Positions 1 through 9,858 of a DNA stretch of 64,000 nt are shown here, one piece after another. This DNA is from an uncultured Ruficoccus sp. (GTDB taxonomy: Bacteria; Verrucomicrobiota; Verrucomicrobiia; Opitutales; Cerasicoccaceae): positions 1 through 64,000 of the forward strand of contig OZ223496.1 of assembly GCA_965140785.1 (NCBI GenBank), written 5' to 3'. Each line of letters opens with the position of its first letter. Positions within the stretch are counted from its first letter, which is position 1. A program made the translations under genes and the position numbers. The notes beneath the pieces are model-generated. The model saw only the letters and a program-made list of their open reading frames with translations. It was not told the DNA's origin and did no database searches.

Positions 1-147
1 ATCCGCGACCTGCGCAAAAAGCTCGGGCCACTCTGCTCACTACTCACCCGGCTGCCCGGTATCGAGCGGCGCTACCGCCGCTACCGCAACCGCTACGCAA
101 ACGCGCCCGGACGACTGTATTCATTTGTCGGATACAAGCAATCCTGA
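1..147 (+). CDS. 3' end of a gene cut by the window edge (polysaccharide cluster; product unknown)
   Basis: Frame 1 is open from base 1 (IRDLRKKLGP...FVGYKQS) to TGA at 145-147, 5 nt before the next ATG. Confidence 0.55.
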   Translation: MRDLRKKLGPLCSLLTRLPGIERRYRRYRNRYANAPGRLYSFVGYKQS

Positions 148-152
148 CCCCC

Positions 153-968
153 ATGGCCCGCATCGGCATCATCCAACCCGCCCGCCTCGGCGATGTTCTC
201 ATCTGCCTGCCCATCGCGCGTTGGTATGCTCGCGAGGGCAACGAGGTGTATTGGCCGCTGGATACAGGCTTGCTTCCCCACTTCGAGGCCAGCGCCCCCG
301 CTGAAAACATCCACTACCTCCCCGTAAAAGGCCCGCCGGATCGTTGGCAGGTCAATGCCACCGAGGCACTTGAAGAGTACAACTGCGACCGTGTAATCGA
401 TCTATCCTTCGGGCTCGACGGCAATCTGGACTCTCACGCCTACCGGAAATTCCTCGCCGCCGGCCTTCACTTCGACGCGTATAAATATCAACTCGCTGGC
501 GTCCCGCTGGAGGAGAAATGGAACTTTCCGCTCCGACGCAACCCCGAAGCGGAAGCACGTGTACTGACCAAACTAAACCCAGCCCGGCCCTATATCGTCC
601 AACACCTGCAAGGCAGCAGCTTCCACGTCACCGCAGACCTTCCTTCCAGTTGGCGTCGCAGCTACGACATCATCGAGATCAAGCCGGGCCTGTGCGAAAA
701 CCCTTTTCATCTACTCAGCTTCCTGGAGCAGGCCGACCGGCTTATCATGGTGGACAGCGTCTTTGCCAATCTGGTGGACCAGGCCGGATTCCCCCAGCCC
801 AAAACCTTCATTGAGCGCGTACACTCTTCCGCGCTGAGTCCGACGCTGCGAGGAGATTGGCAGCGAGTCAAGCCGACCGAGCCCACCCGGCTTCGCCGTC
901 TCGCCCGCCTGCTCACCCGTCCCTTTTCCAGCGAGCCCGTCTTCTGGGGTTTCCAAATCCCGCTTTAA
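153..968 (+). CDS. GT-B glycosyltransferase, GT9/heptosyltransferase-like
   Basis: N-terminal RLGDVLICLP and C-terminal ADRLIMVDS motifs typical of GT9-like proteins; cluster context. Confidence 0.6.
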   Translation: MARIGIIQPARLGDVLICLPIARWYAREGNEVYWPLDTGLLPHFEASAPAENIHYLPVKGPPDRWQVNATEALEEYNCDRVIDLSFGLDGNLDSHAYRKFLAAGLHFDAYKYQLAGVPLEEKWNFPLRRNPEAEARVLTKLNPARPYIVQHLQGSSFHVTADLPSSWRRSYDIIEIKPGLCENPFHLLSFLEQADRLIMVDSVFANLVDQAGFPQPKTFIERVHSSALSPTLRGDWQRVKPTEPTRLRRLARLLTRPFSSEPVFWGFQIPL

Positions 969-974
969 TCCGCC

Positions 975-1730
975 ATGCCCACGGTCACCATCCTCGGTCT
1001 TCCTTTCTACACCGGCTCACTGGAGACGGTGATAGATGATGTCCTGAAGAAAGGCGGCCTGCTCGTGGCCCCTTCCGGCCCGGGACTGGCCGTGCTGGAC
1101 CGCTCACCCGCCTACCGGGAAGCACTGGGAAACAGCGATTACATTCTCACCGACAGCGGATTGCTCGTACTCCTATGGAACCTGACCCGCCGCCCACGCA
1201 TCCCCAAGATCTCCGGCTACCTGTTTTTCCGCGAACTGATCCAGCACCCGTCCCTGCGCGAGCCCGGGGCGACGTTCTGGATTATGCCCAGTGAGGAGGA
1301 AATGCAGACCAACCTGGCCTGGCTCAACGACGTGCAGGGCATTCCCGTCCGCGAAGAGGACTGCTATGTGGCACCATTTTATAGCGGTGACGGTTACATC
1401 GAAGACGAAAAACTCACCGCGCTGCTCGAAGCCCGACGCCCGCACGTCGTCTTTAACAACATCGGCGGCGGCACGCAGGAGCGACTCGGGCACACCCTGC
1501 GCCAACGACTGAGCTACCGTCCCGGCATCATCTGCACGGGGGCGGCCATCGCATTTTTCACCGGCCAGCAGGCCAGCATCCCCGGCTGGGTCGACCGGCT
1601 GCATCTGGGTTGGCTCGCCCGTATCATCGCTGATCCGGGCCGCTACCTGCCGCGTTACCTGAAGGCGCTCCGGCTAGTGACGGTGTTTTTCCGTTACGGC
1701 ACCCGAAGCCCTGCCAACACCCATGATTAA
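975..1730 (+). CDS. WecB/TagA/CpsF family glycosyltransferase (GT26)
   Basis: TDSG...KISG, IGGGTQE, ICTGAAIAF, LGWLARIIADPGRYLPRY motifs. Confidence 0.85.
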   Translation: MPTVTILGLPFYTGSLETVIDDVLKKGGLLVAPSGPGLAVLDRSPAYREALGNSDYILTDSGLLVLLWNLTRRPRIPKISGYLFFRELIQHPSLREPGATFWIMPSEEEMQTNLAWLNDVQGIPVREEDCYVAPFYSGDGYIEDEKLTALLEARRPHVVFNNIGGGTQERLGHTLRQRLSYRPGIICTGAAIAFFTGQQASIPGWVDRLHLGWLARIIADPGRYLPRYLKALRLVTVFFRYGTRSPANTHD

Positions 1731-1778
1731 CGTCGAATGCCAGCCGACCGCCAACATCGAACGCTGCCTCAACCCGGC

Positions 1779-2570
1779 ATGAACGACGCCCCCCTCATCA
1801 CCGTCATCACCCCCGTGCTCAACTGCGCGCGATTCATCACCGGCTGCCTGGAGAATGTCGCCGCACAGGAGTGCCCGCGGGCGATCCACCTCATCGTGGA
1901 CGGTCTCTCCACCGACGGCACCCAGGAGTGCGTCCGGGAGTTCGCGAGCTCGCACCCGCACGTAGCGCTGATTTCCGAAAAAGACAGCGGCCAGTCCGAC
2001 GCCATGAACCACGGCATCCGTGAGGCCCGCACACCGTTGGTCGGTTTTCTCAACGCCGACGACTACTACGAGCCCGGCACACTGAACCGCGTCGCCGCCC
2101 TGGCCGAGGGACTGGACGAGCCCGCCTTTCTGTATGGCAACCTCCAGATCTGGGGCGACAACGGAAAGGATCTCGGCCTGCACAAGCCCGCCCCGCTTAC
2201 CCTCTACAATCTGTGCTGCGGCAAGCCCTTTCCGCTCAACCCGGCCTCGTACTTCTACCACAAGAGCCTGCACGAGCGAGCCGGCCTCTATGACGTCAGC
2301 GACCACATGACGATGGACCTGGACTTCCTCTACCGGGCCAGTATGTATGCCAAGGCCCACTACTACGATGAGTGCTGGGGAAACTTCCGCCTCATTGAAG
2401 GTACAAAGACCCAAGGCGAGCTGGCCACCGGTGCGACCTTCGAGCGCCATCGCGTATTGAAGAATCGCTACATCCCCCAGCTCTCCTTCACCCAAAGGCT
2501 CCAGGCAAAATGCTCCAATAAACTTAAACCTTTCCGACGTAAAATTGCACGCCGCCTCAAACGGGGTTAG
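1779..2570 (+). CDS. GT2 glycosyltransferase
   Basis: ITVITPVLN, VDGLSTDGT, DSGQSDAMNHG, FLNADD; alternative start at 1737. Confidence 0.9.
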   Translation: MNDAPLITVITPVLNCARFITGCLENVAAQECPRAIHLIVDGLSTDGTQECVREFASSHPHVALISEKDSGQSDAMNHGIREARTPLVGFLNADDYYEPGTLNRVAALAEGLDEPAFLYGNLQIWGDNGKDLGLHKPAPLTLYNLCCGKPFPLNPASYFYHKSLHERAGLYDVSDHMTMDLDFLYRASMYAKAHYYDECWGNFRLIEGTKTQGELATGATFERHRVLKNRYIPQLSFTQRLQAKCSNKLKPFRRKIARRLKRG

Positions 2571-2578
2571 AGTATAGC

Positions 2579-3613
2579 ATGACTCAATCCGAGCCAACCG
2601 ACACCAGCATAAGTGTAGTGATCTGCTGTTACAACAGCATGTCGCGCCTGCCCGACACACTCCGGCACCTCCAGGCCCAGGAGGGCACGGCAGACATCGC
2701 CTGGGAAGTCATTGTGGTGGACAACGCCTCAACGGACGAGACCGCCGCCACCGCCCGAGAAGTCTGGGAGGAGAATCCCGTCGCCCCCCTGCGCGTCGTA
2801 CGCGAACCGCAGGCCGGTCTCAGCCACGCCCGCGCGCGCGGAGCCGCCGAAGCGGTCCATGCCATCATAGCCCTGGTGGACGACGACAACTGGACGCCAC
2901 CGCACTGGCTGGCCACGGTAGCCCATATTTTCGAGAGCCACCCCATGGTCGGCGTCGTTGGCGGGCCAACCACCGAGGCCTGCGAGGGCCAGCCGCCCGA
3001 CTGGTTCCAGCGGTTCAAGGGCAACTACGCCGTCTATGAACTGGATTCACAGGGCGGGATCGTGGAGCAGTACGTGTGCGGGGCGGGCCTGTGCTTTCGC
3101 AAAAAGGCCTGGGAGCGATTGCGGACAGAGGGCTTCGAAGGCGAGCTGACCGACCGCAAAGGCAAGGAACTTACCTCGGGCGGGGACAGCGAGATCTGCG
3201 CCGCCCTGCGCCTCTCCGGCTGGAAAATCTGGTATGAGCCCGCGCTGCTCATCCAACACTTTATTCCCGCCGGACGCATGAACTGGGACTACCTCTCGCG
3301 GCTCAACAGCGGCTTCGGCAAGCAGTCTGTTTACCTCGACGCCTACTACGCGCTGCTGCCGGGACTGACCCGCGGCAAACCCGCCCGTCCCTGCTGGCTG
3401 ACCGAATCGCTCAAGGCGCTACGGGCACTGGTCGGCCTACTGCCCCAGGTGGCCTTGCGTTCGCCCGATAAGCTCGAAGGCAACGCGGCCTGGCTGGTAT
3501 GGAAAAACCAAACCGCCCGCCTGAAAACACTCTGGCAGGAAAAGGGCAACTACGGCCGCCGCTTTCGCCGCATCGCCGAGGCCCGCTGGAACCACCTGCG
3601 TCAGTCCGACTAG
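2579..3613 (+). CDS. GT2 glycosyltransferase (resembles HpsE-type GT2)
   Basis: ISVVICCYN, VVDNASTD, GLSHAR, VDDDN, GWKIWYEP motifs. Confidence 0.9.
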   Translation: MTQSEPTDTSISVVICCYNSMSRLPDTLRHLQAQEGTADIAWEVIVVDNASTDETAATAREVWEENPVAPLRVVREPQAGLSHARARGAAEAVHAIIALVDDDNWTPPHWLATVAHIFESHPMVGVVGGPTTEACEGQPPDWFQRFKGNYAVYELDSQGGIVEQYVCGAGLCFRKKAWERLRTEGFEGELTDRKGKELTSGGDSEICAALRLSGWKIWYEPALLIQHFIPAGRMNWDYLSRLNSGFGKQSVYLDAYYALLPGLTRGKPARPCWLTESLKALRALVGLLPQVALRSPDKLEGNAAWLVWKNQTARLKTLWQEKGNYGRRFRRIAEARWNHLRQSD

Positions 3614-3729
3614 ACAGGTTGCGAAAACCCAGCCATTCGCCGGCCTCTCCCTTTTTACCCATTCGCTCTTTCCTTTAATTTCCGATCAAACGGGTTTAGA
3701 AAAACCCGTAAACCCAAAACACCACCGCT

Positions 3730-4419
3730 ATGCCCAGACCCAGTTGTATGGTATTCGCCGCCCGCTACCTCCCCCCCGAGGAGATCAAGGGCAAGGAAGT
3801 GCTCGAAGTCGGCGCCTGCGATTTCAACGGCTCCATCAAACCCTACGTCATGCACTGGGACCCCAAGTCCTATCTCGGCATCGATATGATCGAGGGCCCC
3901 TGTGTGGACAAGGTTATGAACGCCGACAACCTGGAGCAGGAGTTCGGCCCGGAGTCCTTCGACATCGTACTGTCCATCGAGATGATGGAGCACACCCGCT
4001 GGTGGCGCACCTCGTTGACCAACATGAAGCGCGTCTGCCGCCGCGGCGGCCTGCTGCTGATCACCTCGCCCGCCATCGGCTACCCCTACCACGGCTACCC
4101 GACGGACTTCTGGCGCTACGAGATCGACGACTTTAGAAAGATGCTGGCCGACTTCGACATCCTCGGGATCGAGCGCGACGAGAGCGGGCCGGGCACCTTT
4201 GTGGTGGCGCGCAAGCCGATGGATTACCAGGAGGCCGACCTGGAGCCGATCGAGCTGTTCAGCGTCGTCACCGGCGAGCGCACCCGCGAGCTGTCCGAGG
4301 AAGACTTCAAGTGTCCGTACTTCAAGCGTCAGACCCTCAAGGTTCGGATCAAGTCATTCGTCGAGAGCACCTATCGCTGGCTCGGGCGCTGCGTCACGAA
4401 AATCCTCCGCCTCAAGTAA
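3730..4419 (+). CDS. Class I SAM-dependent methyltransferase
   Basis: VLEVGA motif I, FDIVLSIEMMEH, YHGYPTDFWRY. Confidence 0.85.
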   Translation: MPRPSCMVFAARYLPPEEIKGKEVLEVGACDFNGSIKPYVMHWDPKSYLGIDMIEGPCVDKVMNADNLEQEFGPESFDIVLSIEMMEHTRWWRTSLTNMKRVCRRGGLLLITSPAIGYPYHGYPTDFWRYEIDDFRKMLADFDILGIERDESGPGTFVVARKPMDYQEADLEPIELFSVVTGERTRELSEEDFKCPYFKRQTLKVRIKSFVESTYRWLGRCVTKILRLK

Positions 4420-4423
4420 CTCC

Positions 4424-5281
4424 ATGAAGCTGGAAAAAATAATCACCCTGGGCAACGAGCCGGTAAAGATCCCCCTCTTGGCCATGATCCGCTCGCTCCG
4501 GGCGACCGGGTGCGAGCTGCCCGTCTGGGTCATCCCTTACGACGACCGCACCTTTGACCTGCCCGAGGGCTGCCGCTGGTGGAAGGACGAGGCGCTGTGC
4601 GGCTGGCTCGAAGAACAAGGCGGGCGCCCCGTCATGCGCAAGTACCAGTGCATGCTGGAGAGCAACTACCAGTTCGTGGACTCGGACATTGTCTTCCTGC
4701 GCGATCCAGCCCCCGTCCTCGCCCCGCACGAAGGCTGGGTGGCGAGTTGCTGCCACTGGAACAACCCCGCCCACACCTACACCGAGCATTCGCTGCCGCT
4801 CATCCGTGCCCGCTCGACCACCTGGCAGCGGCTGATTTTCAACACCGGACAGTTCGCCTGCGACCGCGCCCTTTACACTTTCGATTCTTTTAAGGAAACT
4901 GCCGCCCACCCCGACTACCGGCGCACGATCCTCGACGACCCCTACCATGAACAGCCGGGCATCAACCTGCTGGTCCACCTCTCCGGCGTGCCGATCTCAA
5001 ACCTGACCCTGCCGCCGGTCAACATGGAGTCCACCTGGGCCGGCGACTACGGCGCGGACTACGAACGCTTCTGGCAGGACGAGGCGCGCAAGCCCTTTCT
5101 CATCCACTGGGCCGGGGAAAAGATGAACCCGGACAAGCCCATCTCCGAGCTCTTCTTCCAACACCTCAGCCCGGAAGAAAAGGAGACCTTCCTCGCCACC
5201 GTCGGCGAGAGCACGCCCGACGCCACCCGGCGGTTCAAGAACAAGTTGCGCGCCGCCTGGCACGCCCTCAAAGCCACATGA
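4424..5281 (+). CDS. Putative GT-A (GT8-like) glycosyltransferase
   Basis: ATG 4 nt after the previous stop; FVDSD (DxD), FNTG, EQPGIN, IHWAG motifs. Confidence 0.65.
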   Translation: MKLEKIITLGNEPVKIPLLAMIRSLRATGCELPVWVIPYDDRTFDLPEGCRWWKDEALCGWLEEQGGRPVMRKYQCMLESNYQFVDSDIVFLRDPAPVLAPHEGWVASCCHWNNPAHTYTEHSLPLIRARSTTWQRLIFNTGQFACDRALYTFDSFKETAAHPDYRRTILDDPYHEQPGINLLVHLSGVPISNLTLPPVNMESTWAGDYGADYERFWQDEARKPFLIHWAGEKMNPDKPISELFFQHLSPEEKETFLATVGESTPDATRRFKNKLRAAWHALKAT

Positions 5282-6114
5282 GCGGCCCCCGCTTTTCCGT
5301 CGTTATTCCGACCTGCCAGCGCAACGACCTCCTGGCTAAATGCCTGGAGGCACTCGCGCCGGAGCGGCAGGCGCTGGACGAGCCTTTCGAGGTTATCGTG
5401 ACCGACGACGGCAGCCACGAAACCGCCGAGGCGATGATCCGGCAACGCTTCCCCTGGGCCACCTGGACGCAAGGGCCCCGCCGCGGACCCGCCGCCAACC
5501 GCAACCACGGCGCCGCGCAGGCGACCGGGCAATGGCTGGCCTTCACCGACGACGATTGTATTCCCACCCCCGGCTGGCTGGCCGCCTACGCCCGCGTTCT
5601 GCACCCGGAGATCCGCGTGTACGAGGGACGCACGACGACCGACCTGCCGCTCAAAGGGCCGCGCTATCACGCCCCCGTCAACGAACACGGCGGCTACCTG
5701 TGGTCCTGCAACCTGCTGCTGGCGCGGGAGGTCTTCGAACGGCTAGGTGGCTTTGACGAAGATTTCCCATACCCGCACCTGGAAGACGTGGACGTACGCC
5801 TGCGCCTGGAGGCGATGGGCGAGCAATGGGACTTTGTACCGGAGGCGGAGATTTTCCACCCGCAGCGGCCAGCCACCACCTGGCTCAAGCGCGCCCGCTC
5901 GCACAAGTCCAGCGTGTATCTGTGCCACAAATACAACAAGCCGCTGAGCTTCGCCAACATCGACCCTCTCTCCTTCCTGCGCACGATCAAGCACAGCATG
6001 GGCGGCCCCGGTCCCTGGGTGGACAAGCTGCGTTACCTGACTGGTTTCCTGGCCGAACAGGTTTATCTCCTGGCCATGGTTCCGTATTGGAAAAAGCACT
6101 ACCATAACCGGTGA
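5278..6114 (+). CDS. GT2 glycosyltransferase
   Basis: SVVIPT, TDDGS, GPAANRN, FTDDDC, GGFDEDF...EDVD; ATGA overlap with upstream gene. Confidence 0.9.
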   Translation: MSGPRFSVVIPTCQRNDLLAKCLEALAPERQALDEPFEVIVTDDGSHETAEAMIRQRFPWATWTQGPRRGPAANRNHGAAQATGQWLAFTDDDCIPTPGWLAAYARVLHPEIRVYEGRTTTDLPLKGPRYHAPVNEHGGYLWSCNLLLAREVFERLGGFDEDFPYPHLEDVDVRLRLEAMGEQWDFVPEAEIFHPQRPATTWLKRARSHKSSVYLCHKYNKPLSFANIDPLSFLRTIKHSMGGPGPWVDKLRYLTGFLAEQVYLLAMVPYWKKHYHNR

Positions 6115-7229
6115 AAATCTGCTTTCTCAGCAATTGTCTGGAACCCGGACGGGACGGTGTCGGCGACTACACACGCACACTGGCCGGAGCCTGCGAAGAC
6201 GCCGGACACTCGACCGCGTGCTTCGCCCTGCGCGACCCTTTCGCCCCCGAGGGCGACAGCCACCGTTTTACCCAGGCGCTGGATGACGCCAAGCAGCGGA
6301 AGCGTCTGATCGAAGAGATCCGGGGGTTCGCTCCGGACCGGATCAGCCTCCAGTTCGTCCCCTACGGCCTGCATCCGAAGGGCCTGCCTATGCGGTTGCC
6401 GGACTTTCTCGCCGCCTGCCGTGGCCCGTGGCGCTGGCAGATCATGTTTCACGAAATCTGGATCGGCTGCAAACTTGGAGCGCCGTTCAAGGAGCGGCTG
6501 ATCGGCTTCCTGCAAAAGCGCCTCATCGCCCGTGCGATGAAAGTTATCCAGCCCGTTGTCCATACGCATGCCGAACCGTATCGTGTACTACTGAACGGCC
6601 TCGGACTCGACGCACGCAGTCTTCCCTTATTCTGCAACCTGCCGATAGAGCCCGACACTGACCACGCAGGCGCGTATTCGTTTTTAAATACAAACGGAAT
6701 TTGCATCACCCCGGAGACGCGCGAGGATTTTTACCTCGGGGGGCTGTTCGGCACCCTGCATCCGGAGTGGCCGCCACAGCCATTGCTGGGGACGTTGCGC
6801 GAAGCTGCCAAAAAAGCGAGGCTGCGCATCGTTGTCATTCACTTTGGTGGAATCGGCCCCGGCAAGGCCCTGTGGGACTCACTCATGCGCGACAATGACG
6901 AACACCTCACCCTGCTGGAGCGGGGGCGGCTGGACGCGCCGCAGGCCTCTCGCCTGATGAACACACTCGACTTCGGCCTGACCTCCTCACCGCGCAGCCT
7001 GATCCAGAAAAGCAGCAGCGCCGTCACCCTGCTCGCGCACGGCCTGCCCATCCTCGTCAACCGCGACGAGGTGCATTACCCCGGTGTACCGCACGAGTTA
7101 CCACTCGACGACCCGCAACTCATCCGTTTCTCCGACGCGCTGCCGGATAACTTCTTCCAACTCCCCCGGCGTGCACCTGACGCCCGACTGGCCCCTGTGG
7201 CCGAGAAGTTTCTGAAAGACATCTCATAA
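6111..7229 (+). CDS. GT4-like glycosyltransferase
   Basis: GRDGVGDYT, MFHE, KSSSAVTLLAHGLP; GTGA overlap. Confidence 0.75.
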   Translation: MKICFLSNCLEPGRDGVGDYTRTLAGACEDAGHSTACFALRDPFAPEGDSHRFTQALDDAKQRKRLIEEIRGFAPDRISLQFVPYGLHPKGLPMRLPDFLAACRGPWRWQIMFHEIWIGCKLGAPFKERLIGFLQKRLIARAMKVIQPVVHTHAEPYRVLLNGLGLDARSLPLFCNLPIEPDTDHAGAYSFLNTNGICITPETREDFYLGGLFGTLHPEWPPQPLLGTLREAAKKARLRIVVIHFGGIGPGKALWDSLMRDNDEHLTLLERGRLDAPQASRLMNTLDFGLTSSPRSLIQKSSSAVTLLAHGLPILVNRDEVHYPGVPHELPLDDPQLIRFSDALPDNFFQLPRRAPDARLAPVAEKFLKDIS

Positions 7230-7265
7230 GAGCTGGGTACAGAGAAGATTCTAGATTTTTCAGGA

Positions 7266-8501
7266 ATGATTTTACTCAGCCATCCTACCGGAAATGAGAA
7301 CCTGCGCCAGGCCATGTGGGCCATGAGCGAGGCCGGGTTGTTGTATTCATTTTTCACGACAATCGGGCTGGCGGAGGATTGCGACCTCAAAAAGTTTCCC
7401 CTGCCGGAAGGAGTCAAGCGCCAGCTCTCCAAGCGCCGCTATGCCCTACCGGCCACGCAACTACACACCTCTCCCTGGCGCGAGTTCGTGCGCTTGTGCC
7501 TGCTCAACCGCGGGGAGAATTTTCTGACCGAGCACGAGAAGGGGCCGTGCAGCGTGGACGGCGTGTATCGTGCGCTCGACCACAAGGTGGCCCGTGCGGT
7601 GCGACGTGAGGCCCGGCACCTGCGAGCCGTGTACGGCTACGAGGACGGCTGTCGGGAGCACTTTTCGGTGGCCCGAAAATTGGGACTGACGACGATCTAT
7701 GAGCTCCCCATCGCCTACGGCCCCTATGCCCGCGCCATGCTGGAAGAGGAAGCAAGGCTGCGCCCCGAGTGGGAACCAACCCTGATCGCCACCCGCGACT
7801 CAGCGGCTAAATTGGAGCGCAAGCGGCGCGAGCTGGAACTGGCGGATGTGGTGGTCTGCCCGAGCACGTTCGTCGAAACATCAATCCCGCCTGAGCTGCG
7901 CGCCGACAAGCGCCTGCTGCGCATGCCCTACGGCATCGATCCGGTGCAAAATCTGCCACGCTACGAGCCGCCGGAGCAGCGGCCACTGAAATTCCTCTAT
8001 GCCGGGGCGCTCAGCCAGCGCAAAGGACTGGCCGATCTCTTCGAGGCGTGGAAACTCGCCGGGCTGCCCAACGCCGAACTGCATGTGATGGGCTCGCGAC
8101 TGATGCCGCAGTACTTTTATGAGGAGCGTTGCCCGAGCGCTATCTTTCACGGACCACGCCCTCGTCCGGAGGTGCTGGCGCTGATGGATGCGTGCGACGT
8201 ACTGGTGCTACCGTCCTTGATCGAGGGTCGTGCCCTGGTTCAGCTCGAAGCCATGGGCCGCGGGCTGCCGCTACTGATCACCCCCAACACCGGGGGCGAT
8301 GATTTAATCGAGCCCGGACAGACGGGATTCGTCGTGCCGATCCGCTCACCCGAAGCCTTGGCTGAACGCCTGGGCTGGTTCAGCGAACACCGGGACGAGC
8401 TTCCGGCCATGCGCGGGCACTGCCTGCACAAGGCCGCCGAAACCTCTTGGGCGCATTACCGGTCGCAATTAGCTGGCGAGTTGACCAAGATTATAGAATA
8501 A
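7266..8501 (+). CDS. GT4 glycosyltransferase
   Basis: YAGALSQRKG, LPSLIEGRALVQLEAMGRGLP (E-x7-E). Confidence 0.9.
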   Translation: MILLSHPTGNENLRQAMWAMSEAGLLYSFFTTIGLAEDCDLKKFPLPEGVKRQLSKRRYALPATQLHTSPWREFVRLCLLNRGENFLTEHEKGPCSVDGVYRALDHKVARAVRREARHLRAVYGYEDGCREHFSVARKLGLTTIYELPIAYGPYARAMLEEEARLRPEWEPTLIATRDSAAKLERKRRELELADVVVCPSTFVETSIPPELRADKRLLRMPYGIDPVQNLPRYEPPEQRPLKFLYAGALSQRKGLADLFEAWKLAGLPNAELHVMGSRLMPQYFYEERCPSAIFHGPRPRPEVLALMDACDVLVLPSLIEGRALVQLEAMGRGLPLLITPNTGGDDLIEPGQTGFVVPIRSPEALAERLGWFSEHRDELPAMRGHCLHKAAETSWAHYRSQLAGELTKIIE

Positions 8502-8508
8502 GGCGCGC

Positions 8509-9858
8509 ATGGCTAAAAAGATCGGAACCAAGGGCATCATCAAGCTGTTGCTGTGGCTGTACATCGGACTGCTACTGGCAGAGGGTGCGCTGCGCAAGTG
8601 GTTCCTCGTGCCGTTGTCGGAACCGTTGCTGATCGTTCGCGACCCGATCGTGGTACTGATCTACCTGATGGCATTCCGGGCCAAGCTTTTCCCCATCAAC
8701 GGCTTTGTCATGGCCACCGTCTTCATGGGCTTCCTCGCATTTGTCTTCGGGGCATTGTCGGGAGAGTCGAGCGTGATAGTCACTCTCTATGGGATGCGGA
8801 TCAACTTCCTGCAGATTCCATTGATCTTTGTCATCGGGCAGACGCTCGACTACAAGGACTGCGTCAAAATCGGCAAAGTACTGATCATTCTGGCCATACC
8901 GCAGATCATGATCATGGTGCTTCAGTTCAGTTCGGGGCAGGGGGCGTGGATAAACCGCCAGGTCGGTGGGGGCGAGGGCATCATGGGCGCGCTGGGCAAG
9001 TACCGCCCGCCGGGCACCTTTTCCTTTATCACCGGACCGGCGGCGTATTTTCCGCTAGTGCTGGCGTTCGTCATCGCGTTTTTGCTGCACGAGGGTAAAC
9101 GCTTCACGTGGCTGTGTTACATTGGGGCGGGCTGTGTGATGTTGGCCATCCCGGTCTCAATCAGCCGGCTCCTGGCCCTTACCTGCGCGCTGGTCATGGG
9201 CGCGGCCACCTATGCCTTTTACCGCCTGCCCAATCCGCCAAAGCTGATCATGCGCGCGATCGGGGCGGCCGCCCTGCTCCTGATCATTGTACCGATGCTG
9301 CCGGTCTTCGACGAGGCGACGGAGACCTTCACCGCGCGGTGGGTGAACTCGACCGGCGACGATGTGGAAGGCGTTAAGGAGGAGATCTTAGGGCGGCTGG
9401 TCTATGGCCTGGTCGGCCTGCCGGTGAATGCGATGGGTAAAAGCCCGATCACCGGACACGGGATCGGCGTGGGCTCCAATGTCGGCGCCAAGATGCTGAC
9501 CGGCACGGCCACCTTCTTGATGGGGGAAAGCGAATGGGAAAAAGCCATTATGGAGATGGGACCGATGCTTGGGCTGGGCTTCATCATTTTGCGCATCGCG
9601 CTCGTGATATTTCTGTTTCGCTTCGCCATGAGCGCGCTGGGCCGGGGCAATGCCATGCCACTGCTGATTTTCGCCGCCAACTTCATGCTCATCCTCAATG
9701 GCCAATGGGGGCCGCCCACGATCCTGGGTTTCGCCGTGCTCGGGGGCGGACTGACGCTCGCGGCGACCAAAACCTCGTCCCTCTCTCCCGATGACGCTCC
9801 CAAGCAGCTCCCGGTCGATCCTGATGAATCCGAAGTTGCACATCGTCCTGCTCACTAA
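8509..9858 (+). CDS. Polytopic membrane protein, putative polysaccharide polymerase/O-antigen ligase-like
   Basis: About 10-11 hydrophobic segments, EGALRKW and RPPGTFSF motifs, embedded in a GT cluster. Confidence 0.7.
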   Translation: MAKKIGTKGIIKLLLWLYIGLLLAEGALRKWFLVPLSEPLLIVRDPIVVLIYLMAFRAKLFPINGFVMATVFMGFLAFVFGALSGESSVIVTLYGMRINFLQIPLIFVIGQTLDYKDCVKIGKVLIILAIPQIMIMVLQFSSGQGAWINRQVGGGEGIMGALGKYRPPGTFSFITGPAAYFPLVLAFVIAFLLHEGKRFTWLCYIGAGCVMLAIPVSISRLLALTCALVMGAATYAFYRLPNPPKLIMRAIGAAALLLIIVPMLPVFDEATETFTARWVNSTGDDVEGVKEEILGRLVYGLVGLPVNAMGKSPITGHGIGVGSNVGAKMLTGTATFLMGESEWEKAIMEMGPMLGLGFIILRIALVIFLFRFAMSALGRGNAMPLLIFAANFMLILNGQWGPPTILGFAVLGGGLTLAATKTSSLSPDDAPKQLPVDPDESEVAHRPAH